From assembly GCF_009914755.1 (NCBI RefSeq), contig NC_060925.1: a stretch of DNA of 64,000 nucleotides. The stretch is one strand, 5' to 3'. The position numbers and the translations under genes are program-made. The notes under the pieces were generated by a model, which searched no databases, was not told the DNA's origin, and worked only from the letters and a program-made list of their open reading frames with translations. This document shows, piece after piece, positions 21,142-37,093 of this stretch; within the stretch, counting starts at the first letter, position 1; the number at the start of each line of letters is the position of its first letter. The stretch comes from the human T2T-CHM13v2.0 reference genome, Homo sapiens.

Positions 21142-24100
21142 CCAGGAAATGTCTTTGTTAAGTTCTGAATTACCTACAACAGTGCTCCCTACATTAGCAG
21201 AGACAACTGAGAGTTAAATGCACTTGAAACATAATGCTGTCCTTACTATAAGCTCTTGAGGAGAATCCGGCCATAGTCTTGAGACTTCCCCACAGGTTGG
21301 TGCACTACGAGACAGGAACAAGCAGGCTCAGCATAGTAAGGTGTGTAAACACAAAAACTTCTACAAGGAATCTTATGCCTCCTGGCTGTATCCCTTCAGG
21401 TTAGGATGGTACAGAAAATAAGAGTCACAATGTACGGATGCCTGCCTGATTCCTTGTCCCTGAGTTCCTGAACCAAAGGGCTCAATATTTCTCATTAAAT
21501 CCGTCCTTTGTTCAAGGACCTACAATGATTCTATTGACCCTTCTATCAACACCCAACAGAGTCTGGCTTCTGAGTCCCCTCCACCCTCTTGCCTGCTCTA
21601 CTCATGACTTGCCCAACCCACATTCTCTACAGTCACTCTCATATATTCCCCCCACTCACAACTTAGTCATTCATATCATCATTGCACACTGTACATTCTA
21701 TACTTTCTGTTTGGAAGATCCTTTCTTTTCTTTTATTCCCAACACAGTAACTATTTCATTTACTTGAATGCTCACATTTTACAGATAAGGAAAAGAAGTT
21801 AACTTGTCCAAGGTCACATGGTAAAAAATAGCCGCAAGGTCTGAACGAAGACCCATCTAACTCAATAGCCCATACCTCTTTATGACTCATCCATAGCCTC
21901 CCAAGTCCATTTCAAAATTTACTGACTCAGAAATCTCCCCAATTTATTTCACTGATTCTTACTTTGTTACTTTAAGTCTTCTCAGCCCTTACATACTTAT
22001 CAGCACGTTAAATTTGCTTTTGTCTATATGTTGTTTCCTAAATGTTAAAGCTCATAATAGTCTGCCTTCCCATATTTATACACCACCTTTCCCATCCACC
22101 CTCAACCCCAAGAGCAAAGACACATGTCTTTACATCTTTTATACCTCCCTAAAGCCTGTCACTGGAGCATGGAGACTGCTTTATCCAGAGAAGTGTTCAA
22201 TCATTACTCAGCAAGGATGTCTTATTTAAAAACAAACAAACAACTCTCTTCTATTATATTAAAAAGTCAACTGAATTCAGGCATTCATGAGAAAAACTGC
22301 CCTGTATCTATCTTCCAGTTACACAAATTTTTAATTACCTGAATTTATCAGAGGCTACAAAAAAGATTCCACAGTCTGCTATTCCACAGCTCCTAAGTTC
22401 CCATAGGAAAGATACTGCTGAGGTCACATTTCAAAGCGCTGTTTAAGGATTTTCCCTTTGGTGGGATGAGTGTTTAGGGTAAGGAGAGTGCTACTCATAC
22501 ACACATACACCCACACTATAATGGCCAGTGTCTTTTAGCATGCTTAAGATACTCAGGAGCTCCAAAACTTTGACAAGTGGCACTTAGTGCCCTCATAACA
22601 ATCAGAATACTTATTTTGGTTACATACATTGAATCTCAAAATTGCAAATAAAGCCTCCTGAGAACTAGGAATAGTGGTGGACTACCAGGCAGCTCTCCAC
22701 TCATTCCTAGGCTTCTTCAACCCCTTTGATCCCCATGCCCTGGAATAAAGTATGCAGTTCAACTTAGGGAGTTGCTAGATGCAGATATAAATAGAATTTA
22801 CCCAGATATCATCACTAATATTGGCACCAATCAACTCACACAGATCAAAACAATTATTGATCATCAACAGATTCTGGGAAAGGTGTATGTGGTTTTTAAA
22901 AATTAGATTTTCGTCTCCAAATTAAGTCGTTTTTTAAATAGGGGTCTCAAAAGAAAGATTAAACAAATAAAGCTTTGGGAAATTTTCCAAGTTGTTGGCA
23001 ACATAAGGCCACTAAAGGCCACCTAATGATTAGCATTCATTACCAGTCACCGGGCCTTATACAAGTCAGTAGATAGCCAGCTCTTGCTTTGGCAAAGTTT
23101 TACATTTTTTTCCGAGGGAGTCTTCAGTATTAAAAGCAAGGAATAAGTCAAATAAGGCAATGACAATAAAAAATTAGTTTGGCACTATCTTCCTTCCATC
23201 TTTCCTTCTATCTTGAAAGTGTAATGTCCAAAGCAGATATCTGTTCAATTCTAAATTATTCATGTTAACGGATAATTATTGGCAGAAAGGTGGTGATAAT
23301 CAAAAATGAGGGTAAAATCGAAAAAATCTATTTTGGTTTTGGAATATATGTTTTCAGCATATTTACCTTCTTAATTATTCCTAGTATGAGCTAATATTTG
23401 CATTGATTTGCAATCTCTAAGTACATAGTAACTGGCCACTTTGTCAGGGAGGTGCTCTGAGGCAAGCTGGGTCAATAGTGGAAATTAGAACGGTCGGGGG
23501 TATTCAGCCTGCAGAGGAGCAACATCAAGTTCATTTATTTTACAGTTTTGTTCAGCCTTCAAAATATCAATAGACTAGCACAGCAGGTTGGTTACTGAAC
23601 GTTAAAAGAACTACTTGAAAAACAATGAAGACAAAGCGTATAATTAATTCTTCATTGTTTGCGCATAATGTATTTGTAAGTTATACACAGCAAATATTTA
23701 ACTACCTCTGATTCTCCCTAGCCACCCAGCTTCCGTCCCTGAAGTCTTCTCCCCATCAGGAATGCAATCTCATTTAGTAGGAAGAAAATTTTCTACATGT
23801 TTTCAGAAGTTACATAGCATAGAAACTTTTTTAAATATTTAGGGGTTAGCAACTCTTTGGAGCCAGTCTTACCGCCACCTCTTTCTCTACTCTGTCCTTT
23901 TCCACCTTTGAAATAGATTCTGAAAGACAAAGGGATCCAGCCTCCTCAAAAATCTCCTAAATATACAGTACTAGAGGCCAAAGACTGAAAAATTAGCAGC
24001 ATGTGAATTTCTAAGCAAAGCGTTACGTAGTACGTATAAAAAGATAAGGAAAATAAAAGTCAACGTCCTGCTAATTCTAGGCTTTGCATTCGTGAAAAGC

Positions 24101-24989
24101 TGCCTGAAAAGTTTGTGGGGAACTTCTTCCATAAAATTCCACCAGTCAGTTTCTAATTTCAAATTTTTACATCTTTATTGTGCCCAGAGAAGCCACCTAG
24201 GTTAGACAAGAAAGACTACCACGAGCGGGGAGAAAGAGACTCTGAGCGCTGGTCCTTGTGAGCCGACAAGCTAAAAATACGCCGGCCCAGTAAACAAATC
24301 CCATTCCATCCCGACCGGAGCCACACCGTTAACCTAGTAATTATGAGAAGAGTGAGATCACGCAGCCCCCGGCTTACTCATCATCAGCTTCTAAAGTTTC
24401 CATCGGCTCATGGCAACTTTTCTTTTTTCTAAAGTTCTTAAGACTGCCCTAGAATCCGTCAACCTCCGTCTCTCTCCCTCTCTCACACACACACACAAAC
24501 ACACACACACACCTTTTTCTCGCCTTTCCTCCATTACTGTATGCACCTTAGTTTGGCTATCAATAGGAAGAATAAGCTTATTTGCTTTTCATTTTAGTAT
24601 TATATTGAGATTTTAAATGAACTTTATCCTACTGTGGGGATAATACACTGCATCTTAATCACCTTAAAACTCCACCATCCCTCCCGAAAGTCTAGCTGAC
24701 AAGGGGGGACCGTCCAAACTGGCCAGCACAGCTCAGGAAGGGAGGCCGGGAGCTGGAGAGCGCGGGGTAGGAACGCAGGACGCAGGTGAAAGGGAGGAGG
24801 AAAGATCGGGACGAAGCAAGGAGCAGTCAGGGCGAGAAAGGAGTGCCGAGGGGAGATGGCTTCGGGTGAAACAGATTCAGAAAGGAGAAAGGGGACAGTG
24901 GCGATCTGAGGAGCAGAGTTTGCGAGTCTGAGAAGCCGGGAGGGGCGGGAGCAGACGGGGGACGGTGTCAGGACGGGGGGCTCCGTTAC

Positions 24990-25280
24990 CCTCGCGGGCT
25001 CCCGGGGCAAGGCCCTAGGCCGGGGCGGAGCGCGGGGCCCGGCCGCCTCTCTTCATTCCTCGGCAGTGACCCCGGGGTCCGGCCGGCCCCTCCCCCGACG
25101 GCGATGGAGGTGGAGGCGGTGGTGGAGACTGCGACCGCAGCTGTTGCTCCGCACGGGATCTGGAGCTGGAGCCAGAAAGGACTGATCGGGACTGGCCTCC
25201 CCCAGTGGCTTTTTGCCCACTCCGCACCCGGTCGCCACTCCGGCTCCGGCGGCTGGTTCAGGATCGGTGGCTTTCTGCTG
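24990..25280 (-). other. OTUD7B: Non-coding first exon (5' UTR) of a minus-strand gene, most likely OTUD7B; the 5' end (TSS) is approximate
   Basis: GC/CpG-rich segment ending in minus-strand donor GCGAGG|GTAACG (GT at 24989-24988), with ETS and GC boxes just upstream. Gene identity is recalled from the locus arrangement (degenerate tRNA-Ala-AGC ~34.7 kb upstream at 1q21.2), not from a database search. Confidence 0.75.
25015..25056 (-). other. Upstream ORF (13 aa, MKRGGRAPRSAPA) inside non-coding exon 1
   Basis: ATG at 25056 (context gaggaATGa, purine at -3) and TAG at 25017-25015, upstream of the donor. Translation is not shown. Confidence 0.5.
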
Positions 25281-25314
25281 TCCGGCCGGAAACAGGCGCC
25301 AGTTTCCGGCCGGA
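25281..25314. promoter_or_regulatory. 34-bp near-perfect palindrome with two inverted ETS-type (CCGGAAA) cores
   Basis: TCCGGCCGGAAACAGGCGCCAGTTTCCGGCCGGA equals its reverse complement except at one symmetric A/A pair. Confidence 0.8.
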
Positions 25315-25495
25315 GCGGGTTGGTGGTGACACCCAGGCCGCCCCCGGGCCTCCTCCCGCTCCGCCCCGTCGCAGCCCCGCCTTTAGCGCCGCTCCCCAGG
25401 CTGCGGCCAGTTTGGCGCTTGCCCCGCGCGTGACCCCGTGTTTTCCCGACCCGAGTCCCTAAAGCTCCTGGTCTGGAGCATTCTTGAACAGGAGT

Positions 25496-26940
25496 TGGAG
25501 GAGTACAGGGTGGACTCTTAGGACTCTGGGGTAGAATCAGTTGGCTACAGCCGTTGGGAAGGAGCTGAAAGGGGTGGAGTAGTTGTAGAAAGGTGAGAGA
25601 GATGAAAATACTTCAGAATGAAAAGACTGACATTCTAGTAACTCTACACAATCATTCTGGAGTGACCGGAGGAAGATTAGCTTCTTCCACACCAGTCTCC
25701 ACCCAATTATATATTTCTCTTGTTCCTTCACTCTTGAAGTGAACATATCCTTCTCTGTAAACACTTAATATTTATTTACTTGCATAACAGTGATACCCTG
25801 TTGATACATCTGCTTTAGACTGCTAACAGTAAAAAAAACTTACATAGTGCGTTTGTTATGTCTTCTAGTGCGTTTGTTATGTCTTTTAAAACATTATGGC
25901 ATAATTCAAATATGTATTGTATCCCTGTGATGTGTATCACTGCTCTCAGTGATACAGGGGGATACAAAAATTAACAAGACATAATCCCAGACATCAAAGG
26001 TTTTACAATTTAGTAAAATACATAAAACTATATTATATGTAGCAGAACTTGTATGTGTCCTACCTGAGTGACAATGAGCTATGGCTATGAGAACATAATA
26101 AGCCATCCTTGTCACATAGTAGACCTTCCATATTTGTTGAATGAATGAATAAGTATTAGGCCTGTGTGGACTGTTTCAAGAAAGAAAGGCCATTTAGTAA
26201 ATACCTCTTTATGACAAACACAAAACGATGCCAACCCCGGCTATACTCTAACAAAAGACATTTGAAATTTTAATTCAGATTCCTAACATTATAGCACCTG
26301 GTCTGCATATTCAAAATAATGTATTGCCTAATTGTGCCCATTATGCCTATGTAAAAACAAATACTCTAGTCAACTTTTCTTTCCCCTCACTTCTTCCTCA
26401 GTTTCTAAAGGGGAGGCGTGGGGCATAGGCATTTTAGAATTGTCTAGCTCAGAATAGGAAACTGACACCTGAAACAGGGAAACTTCCTAGACAGCTATAT
26501 CTCTTAGGGATACACCTGGGTTTACAATCGAAAATTTAGGGCTGGGCCCAAGGCTGTCCACACATGCTAAGGCCAAACAAGTCAGAGTGCCTTGCATGGG
26601 GGCATATCCAAGACATACAATAGAGGTTGACAAGTAAAGTCATTTGGCGTGGGCTTCAAGCGTATAAGGGACCACAAATTTTAGCTACCGTTTAGTGGTA
26701 AATTTAAGGAGGAGAGCAGGATGAGATTTGGTCACCTAAATTGACTCTAACTGAACTCTAACTGAACTGAACTGGAAGGGTACGGGGGTGGACGCTTGGG
26801 ACTCTGGGGTAGAATCAGTTGGCTACAGCCGTTGGAAAGGAGCTGAAAAGGGTGTCGTTCTAGAAAGGTGAGAGGGATGAAAATACTTTAGAATGAAAAG
26901 ACTGAAATTCTAGTAACTCTACACAAACATTCTGGAATGA
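25496..26940 (+). repeat. Local direct duplication C (~170 bp): 25496-25665 and 26773-26940
   Basis: ggactctggggtagaatcagttggctacagccgttgg...ttctagtaactctacacaa.cattctgga occurs twice. Confidence 0.95.
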
Positions 26941-28182
26941 TTGTGACAACAATCACTGACCACACCTACCCTTTGCTAGTTAAATCTGAGATGGGAGCAC
27001 AGATCTGTAGAAGAGGAGCCTCAAAATCTGAAAGTTGCCTTGTTTCACCACAGCTGTCCAGAACCAGGTTATACCCATATAAATATGTCTTTCTAATCTT
27101 AACGCCACTGCCACAGACTTAATAGAACCAGGCGTGGAGCTCAAAGGCACTCTACCCTCAATATAAGACTTTTTCTTTTGGCAGTGACCATAGAAGGTCT
27201 CCAGATTTGAAAGCTGGGCCAAGTTGCTGGTCAAAGTCATTTAAGTGACCACACTTTATAGGCTTGCCTGGAAATTTAGGGGCCAGGAAGTGATGGGGTC
27301 ACAGTTGCTTTGTGCCTATTTCTTGCTCTGACCATCCATCATTCATTGTTGTTTGTGCAGTTGCTCAATGGGCTGCTTGTCTTTGGTCAGCCCAGGCTGT
27401 GTGGGTAGCAGTGTGGTCAGCTGGGCTGGGAGCCAGGCCACCTGGGTTCTGGTCCCAGCTCAACCAGTCCCTAATCCATTAAGTGACTCCCTTCCCATTC
27501 CTGTGTCTCAGTTTCTCTGCGTAGAAACTAGAGGCTTCTTCTCTAGTGATATGCAGCCATTTAGGCTGGCACTAGGTTGGATGCTCAGAGGCAGCTGTTT
27601 AATGTAGACATTGGCAGCAGCCAGAACACAGTTGACTATTTCTTGCTGCTAGGTAGAATAGTAAGGGAAAAAAGGTAAAAGCACCAGACAAAATCCTACC
27701 GGTGTACACAGGGCCACACACCCTCAACTGCTATTCTGTCCAAAGTTCTTTTCCACCCTAGAGATCTGTTTTTGTTTACTCGTCTTAGCAATTCTAAGGG
27801 CTGCTTCAAGGAGCTCCCTGAGCTTTTACATCACTTTAAGCAAGAGCAGAAAAACCAGAGCTTTGCATTTCACCAGAGAAACTAAAAAGAGAGACTATTT
27901 CAATACTGGGGCTAATGGCTAGAGTTGGGGAAAATGTTCAGAGAAAGGTTGTAGCTAGGCAGGGAAAAAAACTATTTACATTTATATGCTTTTGTGGTGG
28001 AAAAGAAAACCAAACCAAAATAACTTCCTTTCCACCGCCACCAATATAATTTAGACCATTGGTTCTGGGGAGTTTTTAAAAACTACATATTATACATGCC
28101 TAGGAACCTCAGACTGACGCAGAATTCTTTCTTGGAACTGAAGACCATGAATCCATATTTTTTAAAAAAATATCTAGGGCTC

Positions 28183-28958
<776 letters not shown>

Positions 28959-28982
28959 GCTGTATGAGGGGAAGTTTCATAA

Positions 28983-29476
28983 TGTTAAACACATTCCTAC
29001 CCTAAAACCTAGTAATTCCACTCCCTAGGAATTTACCCAATAGAAATGAAATATATGTGTACACAAAAAACTTATACGTGAATGTTCACTATAGCTTTAT
29101 TCATAATAGCTCCAAACTAGAACATTTTAAATGTTCACCAACAGAAAATTACTTATATTGTTCTTACAATGGAGTACAAATTTAAAAAACAAATGATCAT
29201 TAAACACAACAATATGAATGAATCTTGGACTCATTTGTGGTGCAAAAAAAGCCATTTATGTGAAATTCAGGAACAGGCGAACGTAATCTTGAAGATAAAA
29301 ATCAGAACTGTGGTTACCTATTAGAGGGAGGTGAAGATCAAATAGGAAGGGACATGAGGGAACTTTCTGAGGTGATGAGAATGTTCTGTGTCTTGATAAG
29401 GATGGCTGTTACACACAGACATCAAATTGTATACTTAAGATCACTATATGTGAATTTTGCCTCAATTAAAAAAAAA
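28983..29476 (+). mobile_element. Old L1M (MC/ME-like) 3' fragment
   Basis: ctagtaattccactccctaggaatttacccaatagaaatgaaa ... gagggaactttctgaggtgatgagaatgttctgtgtcttgat. Confidence 0.8.
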
Positions 29477-29753
29477 ATCCAGGGTTTCTTGATAACATTT
29501 AACCAGGTTAAACATTTACATTTACTTGTGGATTATTTGATTGATATTTACTTCACCCATCAGATTCTGACACTCCATTAGCTAAGTTTACCATTTTGTG
29601 TATAGTACCTAGCATAGTATCTGACCCACGACAGTCATTTATTAAATATCTATTAAGTGAATGAATGAATGAATGAATTGGCAGCCATTTGGCAAATGAA
29701 AGCATTGCTTTGGTAGATTATTATTTCATATTTAGTATCTTGTAATAGTATAG

Positions 29754-30160
<407 letters not shown>

Positions 30161-30211
30161 ACTTCCTAAATTATTTCATGGATGTTTTCTCTCTTTTCAA
30201 AAACTCTAGCA

Positions 30212-30770
30212 AACATGTTGGTTGCTTAACCAATGTCCATCCTCCTTCTTCCTCCATGCCTATAGAACCTTGATTAGGTTCAAGTAACCAGCCTGCTGTA
30301 CATGGCTTCAGGGGAGATTGGCCTCAGTAGAGGGGGCGGGGGCTGAGTGGGAGGAACACGGGTGAAACACTAATGGATCATGGGGCTCCCTTCCCCTTGC
30401 CAGTGCTTGATCTAGGCATGTGATAGAGTTCTGACCAATTCGAGATGTGAGAAAATCCGCTGGAGGCTTTTGGGAAAGTCTTCTTTGCTCTTACAAAGAG
30501 ATGAAAAGAAAGAATAAATTATTTTCCTCTGCTGCTGAAAGTTGTTGGATTTGGAAATGTTGTGCTGGTCAGAGGCCAGACTGACATACTGAGGATGACA
30601 GAGCAAAAATATTAAAAGAATCTGGGTCTTTGGTGCCCTGCTGAATTAACCTATCCCAGAGTGGTCCAACTTGAAATTCTTGTTATATGGGATAAATGCA
30701 TCTTTCTTATTTTTTGAGCCATTTCAAATTTAGTCTTTCTATTGCTTGTAACCAAAATAATCCCAACGAG
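30212..30770. mobile_element. MLT1 (ERVL-MaLR) LTR remnant
   Basis: tgttggttgcttaaccaatgtcc ... aattcttgttatatgggataa ... cttgtaaccaaaataatccc resembles MLT1J/K. Confidence 0.65.
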
Positions 30771-30909
30771 TAAAATGTCATCAACAATACCTCAGTGTCA
30801 ATGGATAAACTGAAAATTCCTTAATCTCCTTTGTAAGAGGGAACCCAGCCTGGTCTTAACTCCATTTCTACATTTCCATTTCTACATTTGTGTTCTACTT
30901 CCTTGACCA

Positions 30910-31452
<543 letters not shown>

Positions 31453-33903
31453 TGTTACCACCCAACTGTCTCCCCTGTCTCTAAGTTTTCTCTCTGGAGA
31501 GAGTTCAAGGCCCAATCTGTATCACCTCCTTTTAAAGTCTTTGTGTTAAATCCTAAACTATAAATGTGTTTATCAGTCAACTGGAATTTAGCAATTGCCT
31601 TGAATTGTTAATTTTCACAAGTATTTGCTCATAAGTGAACCGCTTAATCAATTAATGAAAAATACTTAGCAATAATAAAAATGTCAAAAGAGAGGAGTTT
31701 AGTGACACCATCTTACCTTCCTGCACTCCCTAAAGTGTTCCTAGGATTAGGCATTAGGAGAACTCCTAAGAAGAAAATCCCTGCCTCCAGGCCCTAAAAT
31801 CACTGGAGGTGCTTTATTGTAAATAAGATTTATCAGCTCCCAATTATTGCAAGTAACAGTTTCCCAGGAGAGCTGGGTTAAGAGATTAAAAAAGGGCCCT
31901 TGGCAAGATTGGGTGTGTTTCTAGTATGGTCCTGACAAATCCCCTGAGGATGTAAGAATGGGCTTCTAAGGCCATTACAGGCCTAGCAACAAGTAGGTAG
32001 AGAAAAGAAGCCAGTTCCTTAGGCTATGAGGAGAGCAAGTGCTACCTTACCTAATTGGAATGCAGGTCAGGTGGGTCAGCTTAATCTCCACCTCACAGGT
32101 GACACACCCCAGGCTTGGAGGAAGCATGTACTTAAGACTACCAACACTTTAGCTCAGGCAATGAGGAGAGGCCTGGGAATGGAATGACAAAGTCACTCTG
32201 CCCCTGACTAGGTCAGCACTAGGAGGGAGGCCAAACTCAGGCTACTGGAAACTGACAGAGCATTCAGGGGATAGAAGATTGACACTACATCAGGCTCTGG
32301 TTATTGCTTTGGGGCATTTACTTGACACTGTCATTAACTCCCCTTTTTTCTTTGTGACTAATGGCCCAGGTTGACCTCAACAGGTACCACATACTAAGAA
32401 CATTTCCTAAATTATAAAGACATGCTTTTTCTCCCCACATCAGGGAGCTTTGGGGTTCAGTGACTATATCTAATTGGCATCTACTAGAATCTCTCACTGA
32501 CGTGCCCTCCATTTCCATATTACTGTCCTGATCAGCACTGTGGCTGTTCCCATGTTGCTTATGGTCTATGGACGAGCCTGCAAAGCATAGCAACAACCAT
32601 AGAGATGTCAATGGAAGTCATTATTTTCAGTTGGAAAAAAATTTAGAATTGAAAAGTGTCACCATTACGTAGGTAACCTTCCTAGTTTAAAAAGAGATAA
32701 AATCCTGAGGTCCAAAGAAATTAGTGAAACAAGACCAAAACCTACGAAGGGATCCATGGATACGAGTAAAGTACTCTAGAAGCACCCAAGGGAAAAATAT
32801 AAGAACTGAGGCACGTTTAAAAATAAAACACTGCCTATAGCAGGAAAGAGGAAGGGAAACTGAGGGGCCAAATAATGAAACTGGGCAGAAAGAGGTCCCA
32901 AGTGCTAATCAAGGATGCTGGACCTGCAACACCTTTTAAGCAGACTAGCTGCCCCCAGGCAGTGCCCTTCCACTCCTTCCCCGGGCTGCAGATCACACAC
33001 AAGTGGCAGCTCTCCTCTTACTTGCCAATATATGATGCTGCAGCTAGTGTCATACTGCTTGCTTCCTTATCTAGACCCTCTATATGAGCAAAAAATACTC
33101 AGCAAAATGGGAATTAATGACGATTACATGAATTCTACTGATGTATCTAAGCACCCACTATGTGTAAAGCATGCAAAGATGCAATCATTGCCCTTAAGAA
33201 GTTTTCATGAAGAAGACTAGCAGTTAGAGGTCCAAGTCCTTCTCTGCTTGACATCTTTCATCTTATTCAGGAAAAAAGACAAAAGGTGTAAAGGACAAGG
33301 CAGCCTGTGACTGCAAACATTCATCCCTGAAAGGAGCTGAAAGGGCTGAGTCTTACTGCCCCAACAGCATATTCTGTTCTTGGTTTCCTACTTCCTACAA
33401 GACTTTCCTTTCCTTTAGTTTCCTCCTCCCCTCTTTCTCTATATGAATGATATCTGCAGGCCTTTATGCAGCAAACAGCTTCTAACACTCAGCAAGACAG
33501 TATGGTGGCTACTCCTAAAATTAAAGCACAGTCTAGTGAGTTGATGTTTCTCTAGCCTATTCCTATGGAATACCCCGATCTAGACATACACACATCTACA
33601 ATAATTAGGTTACACTGTGGACACAGTTGTTACTAGTGTCCCTGCTCAGAATCTAGGTTAGCATTTTTGTTTTAAGGTCTGAATCCATTGCCAATACCTC
33701 TACATTGAATCATTATATCTATTCCTTTCTCAATTCACGTTGCTACAATCCCCTAGCTCATTACCTCTGACGTAAACTATTGTAAAGTAACTCCACAACT
33801 GTCTCTTGCCTTTCCTGTCTCTCTTCTCCCATCTACTCTTCACACCCTGCCTGAAACTAAGATCTGGTCACATCATTTCCCAGCTCAAAAGCCCCCAATT
33901 GTC

Positions 33904-35116
<1,213 letters not shown>

Positions 35117-36666
35117 CTAGGTATATGCTGTATGGGCCTCTATTTGTACCCTTGCCCCAGACCCCACAAAGTTAGAGGTAGTCCTATTTAAAATTAAAAC
35201 TGCTTGAGACTAGAGACTATTAACAGAGAACTACTTAAAGGAAAATATGTTTCTCTGCTATTTCTGAAAAACTTTGATTACAAACTTAGATTTTTATTTA
35301 AAGCTACTGATTTATCTTGAAAATTTTCTCTGAAAGCCAAATAGGCCCCTATCATATAATTATCTGTGTCTGAAATCACATTTCCCCCCAAAATGTTTGG
35401 TGCACCTAAATAACAACTGACACTTGTTGATTGCTTAGTTTCCAAACAGGGTGTGGATCTTTGACCCTAACTTTATCTGGCCCTGTTCTGGTCTCTGCTG
35501 GGGCAGCGCCTTCCACCTTTTCTCCTCTGGTTGGTTCAGTCTCCATCCCCTTACTTCTGTTGGCTAGACTTCTAATACGACAAAAGCAATTCATTTTTTG
35601 AGTACATAGTTTTAAATTTTTTCTGTTATTTTGAAGATTTTTTTAATAGCAAATACATTGGCCCTTTTCTATTTCTTTCTCTCAAAACACACACACCCCT
35701 AACAATTGTTTTTAAAATGAGTCAGATTTTTCCCCCTTCGGGTCATATACTTCTAGTAGGAAACATGTTCCATTTTGCTATATCAGACAGTATTTTGTTA
35801 AGGCTTTTGACGTCTGTTTTTTTCCAGTGGCGGTGAGGAAGAAGGTAGGCCAGGTCTGGGCAGGGTCCTAGAGGCTGGGAGGACTGGAGTCAGGTTTTCA
35901 CACACAGCAGCTGGGAGGGAACAAAGCCAGAGGGTGAATGTAAAACTATATTTGGGGAGGTGTGGCAAAGGTTAATATTAATCTGGAAAAACGAGATCTT
36001 GTCATCTTACCAAGTTCAAGGGTCAAATTCAGAGCCAAAAATAGGAGATGAAGTCAGAGATCAGGAACTCAGTAAACCCAAGTCCAGTAGTTAAAGCAGA
36101 TATGAGGTGAAAGGAACCAGTGCTACAGAGTGAAACAGGTGGAGCCCCAGAGCTCCCTGTATGGGATGAGTGAACCTGAACTAAGTCCGCATTGGATTTA
36201 ATGAGAGAAGACACGACAGCACCAGCCCAGTGGAATCCAAGTTCTAGTGCTCAGTGAATACTTCTTGCATGATAAAATGGGTTTACTAATTAGTCAACAA
36301 GATTTATGAAGCATATATAAGATTCATTAAAATGTGCATATCACCAGCAAATTTAGCAGCTTTCCTAAAGAGAGGCAGAAGGGAGAAAAAAGGTGTGAAT
36401 GTTAACATTTAAAATTCATTAACATTACAGATGCAGTGGTTACTCCAGACTTTCTCTTGCCACTGAAACAACATCTAATCCAGTCATTTAGAATACAGCT
36501 TCTTATTCCAACATGAAGAATAATCTAAACTCTCCCTTTCTCTCTCTCCTTAATCATTCTTCCTGCTTCCCAGCCTGAGCCTGGAACTTTTAATGGAAGT
36601 AATGGGTCAAGTCAAGACTAGTTCCACAGTCTTTAGCTGTGTCAAATACTGTAAAATCTCATGCTG

Positions 36667-37093
<427 letters not shown>

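Larger units (their letters stand above)
24700..25455. promoter_or_regulatory. CpG island / TATA-less promoter
   Basis: Abrupt rise in GC and CpG density against CpG-depleted flanks; GC boxes (GGGGCGG ~25022, CCGCCCC ~25361, CCCCGCC ~25375) and paired CCGGAAA ETS cores at 25286-25292 and 25303-25309. Confidence 0.93.

Noticed and set aside
24624-25462. ORFs of 85-128 aa on both strands across the CpG island
   Set aside because: GC-rich DNA is poor in stop codons, there is no recognisable protein similarity, and the 128-aa ORF crosses the splice donor.
26404-26770. Segment that looked like a NUMT or LTR, containing a kB-like GGGAAACTTCC at 26477-26487
   Set aside because: I could not match it to mitochondrial or LTR sequence from memory, and a single motif is insufficient. 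Needs a Dfam/BLAST search.
36013-36025. DR1 nuclear-receptor motif AGTTCA-A-GGGTCA
   Set aside because: An isolated 13-mer in 64 kb with no supporting context.
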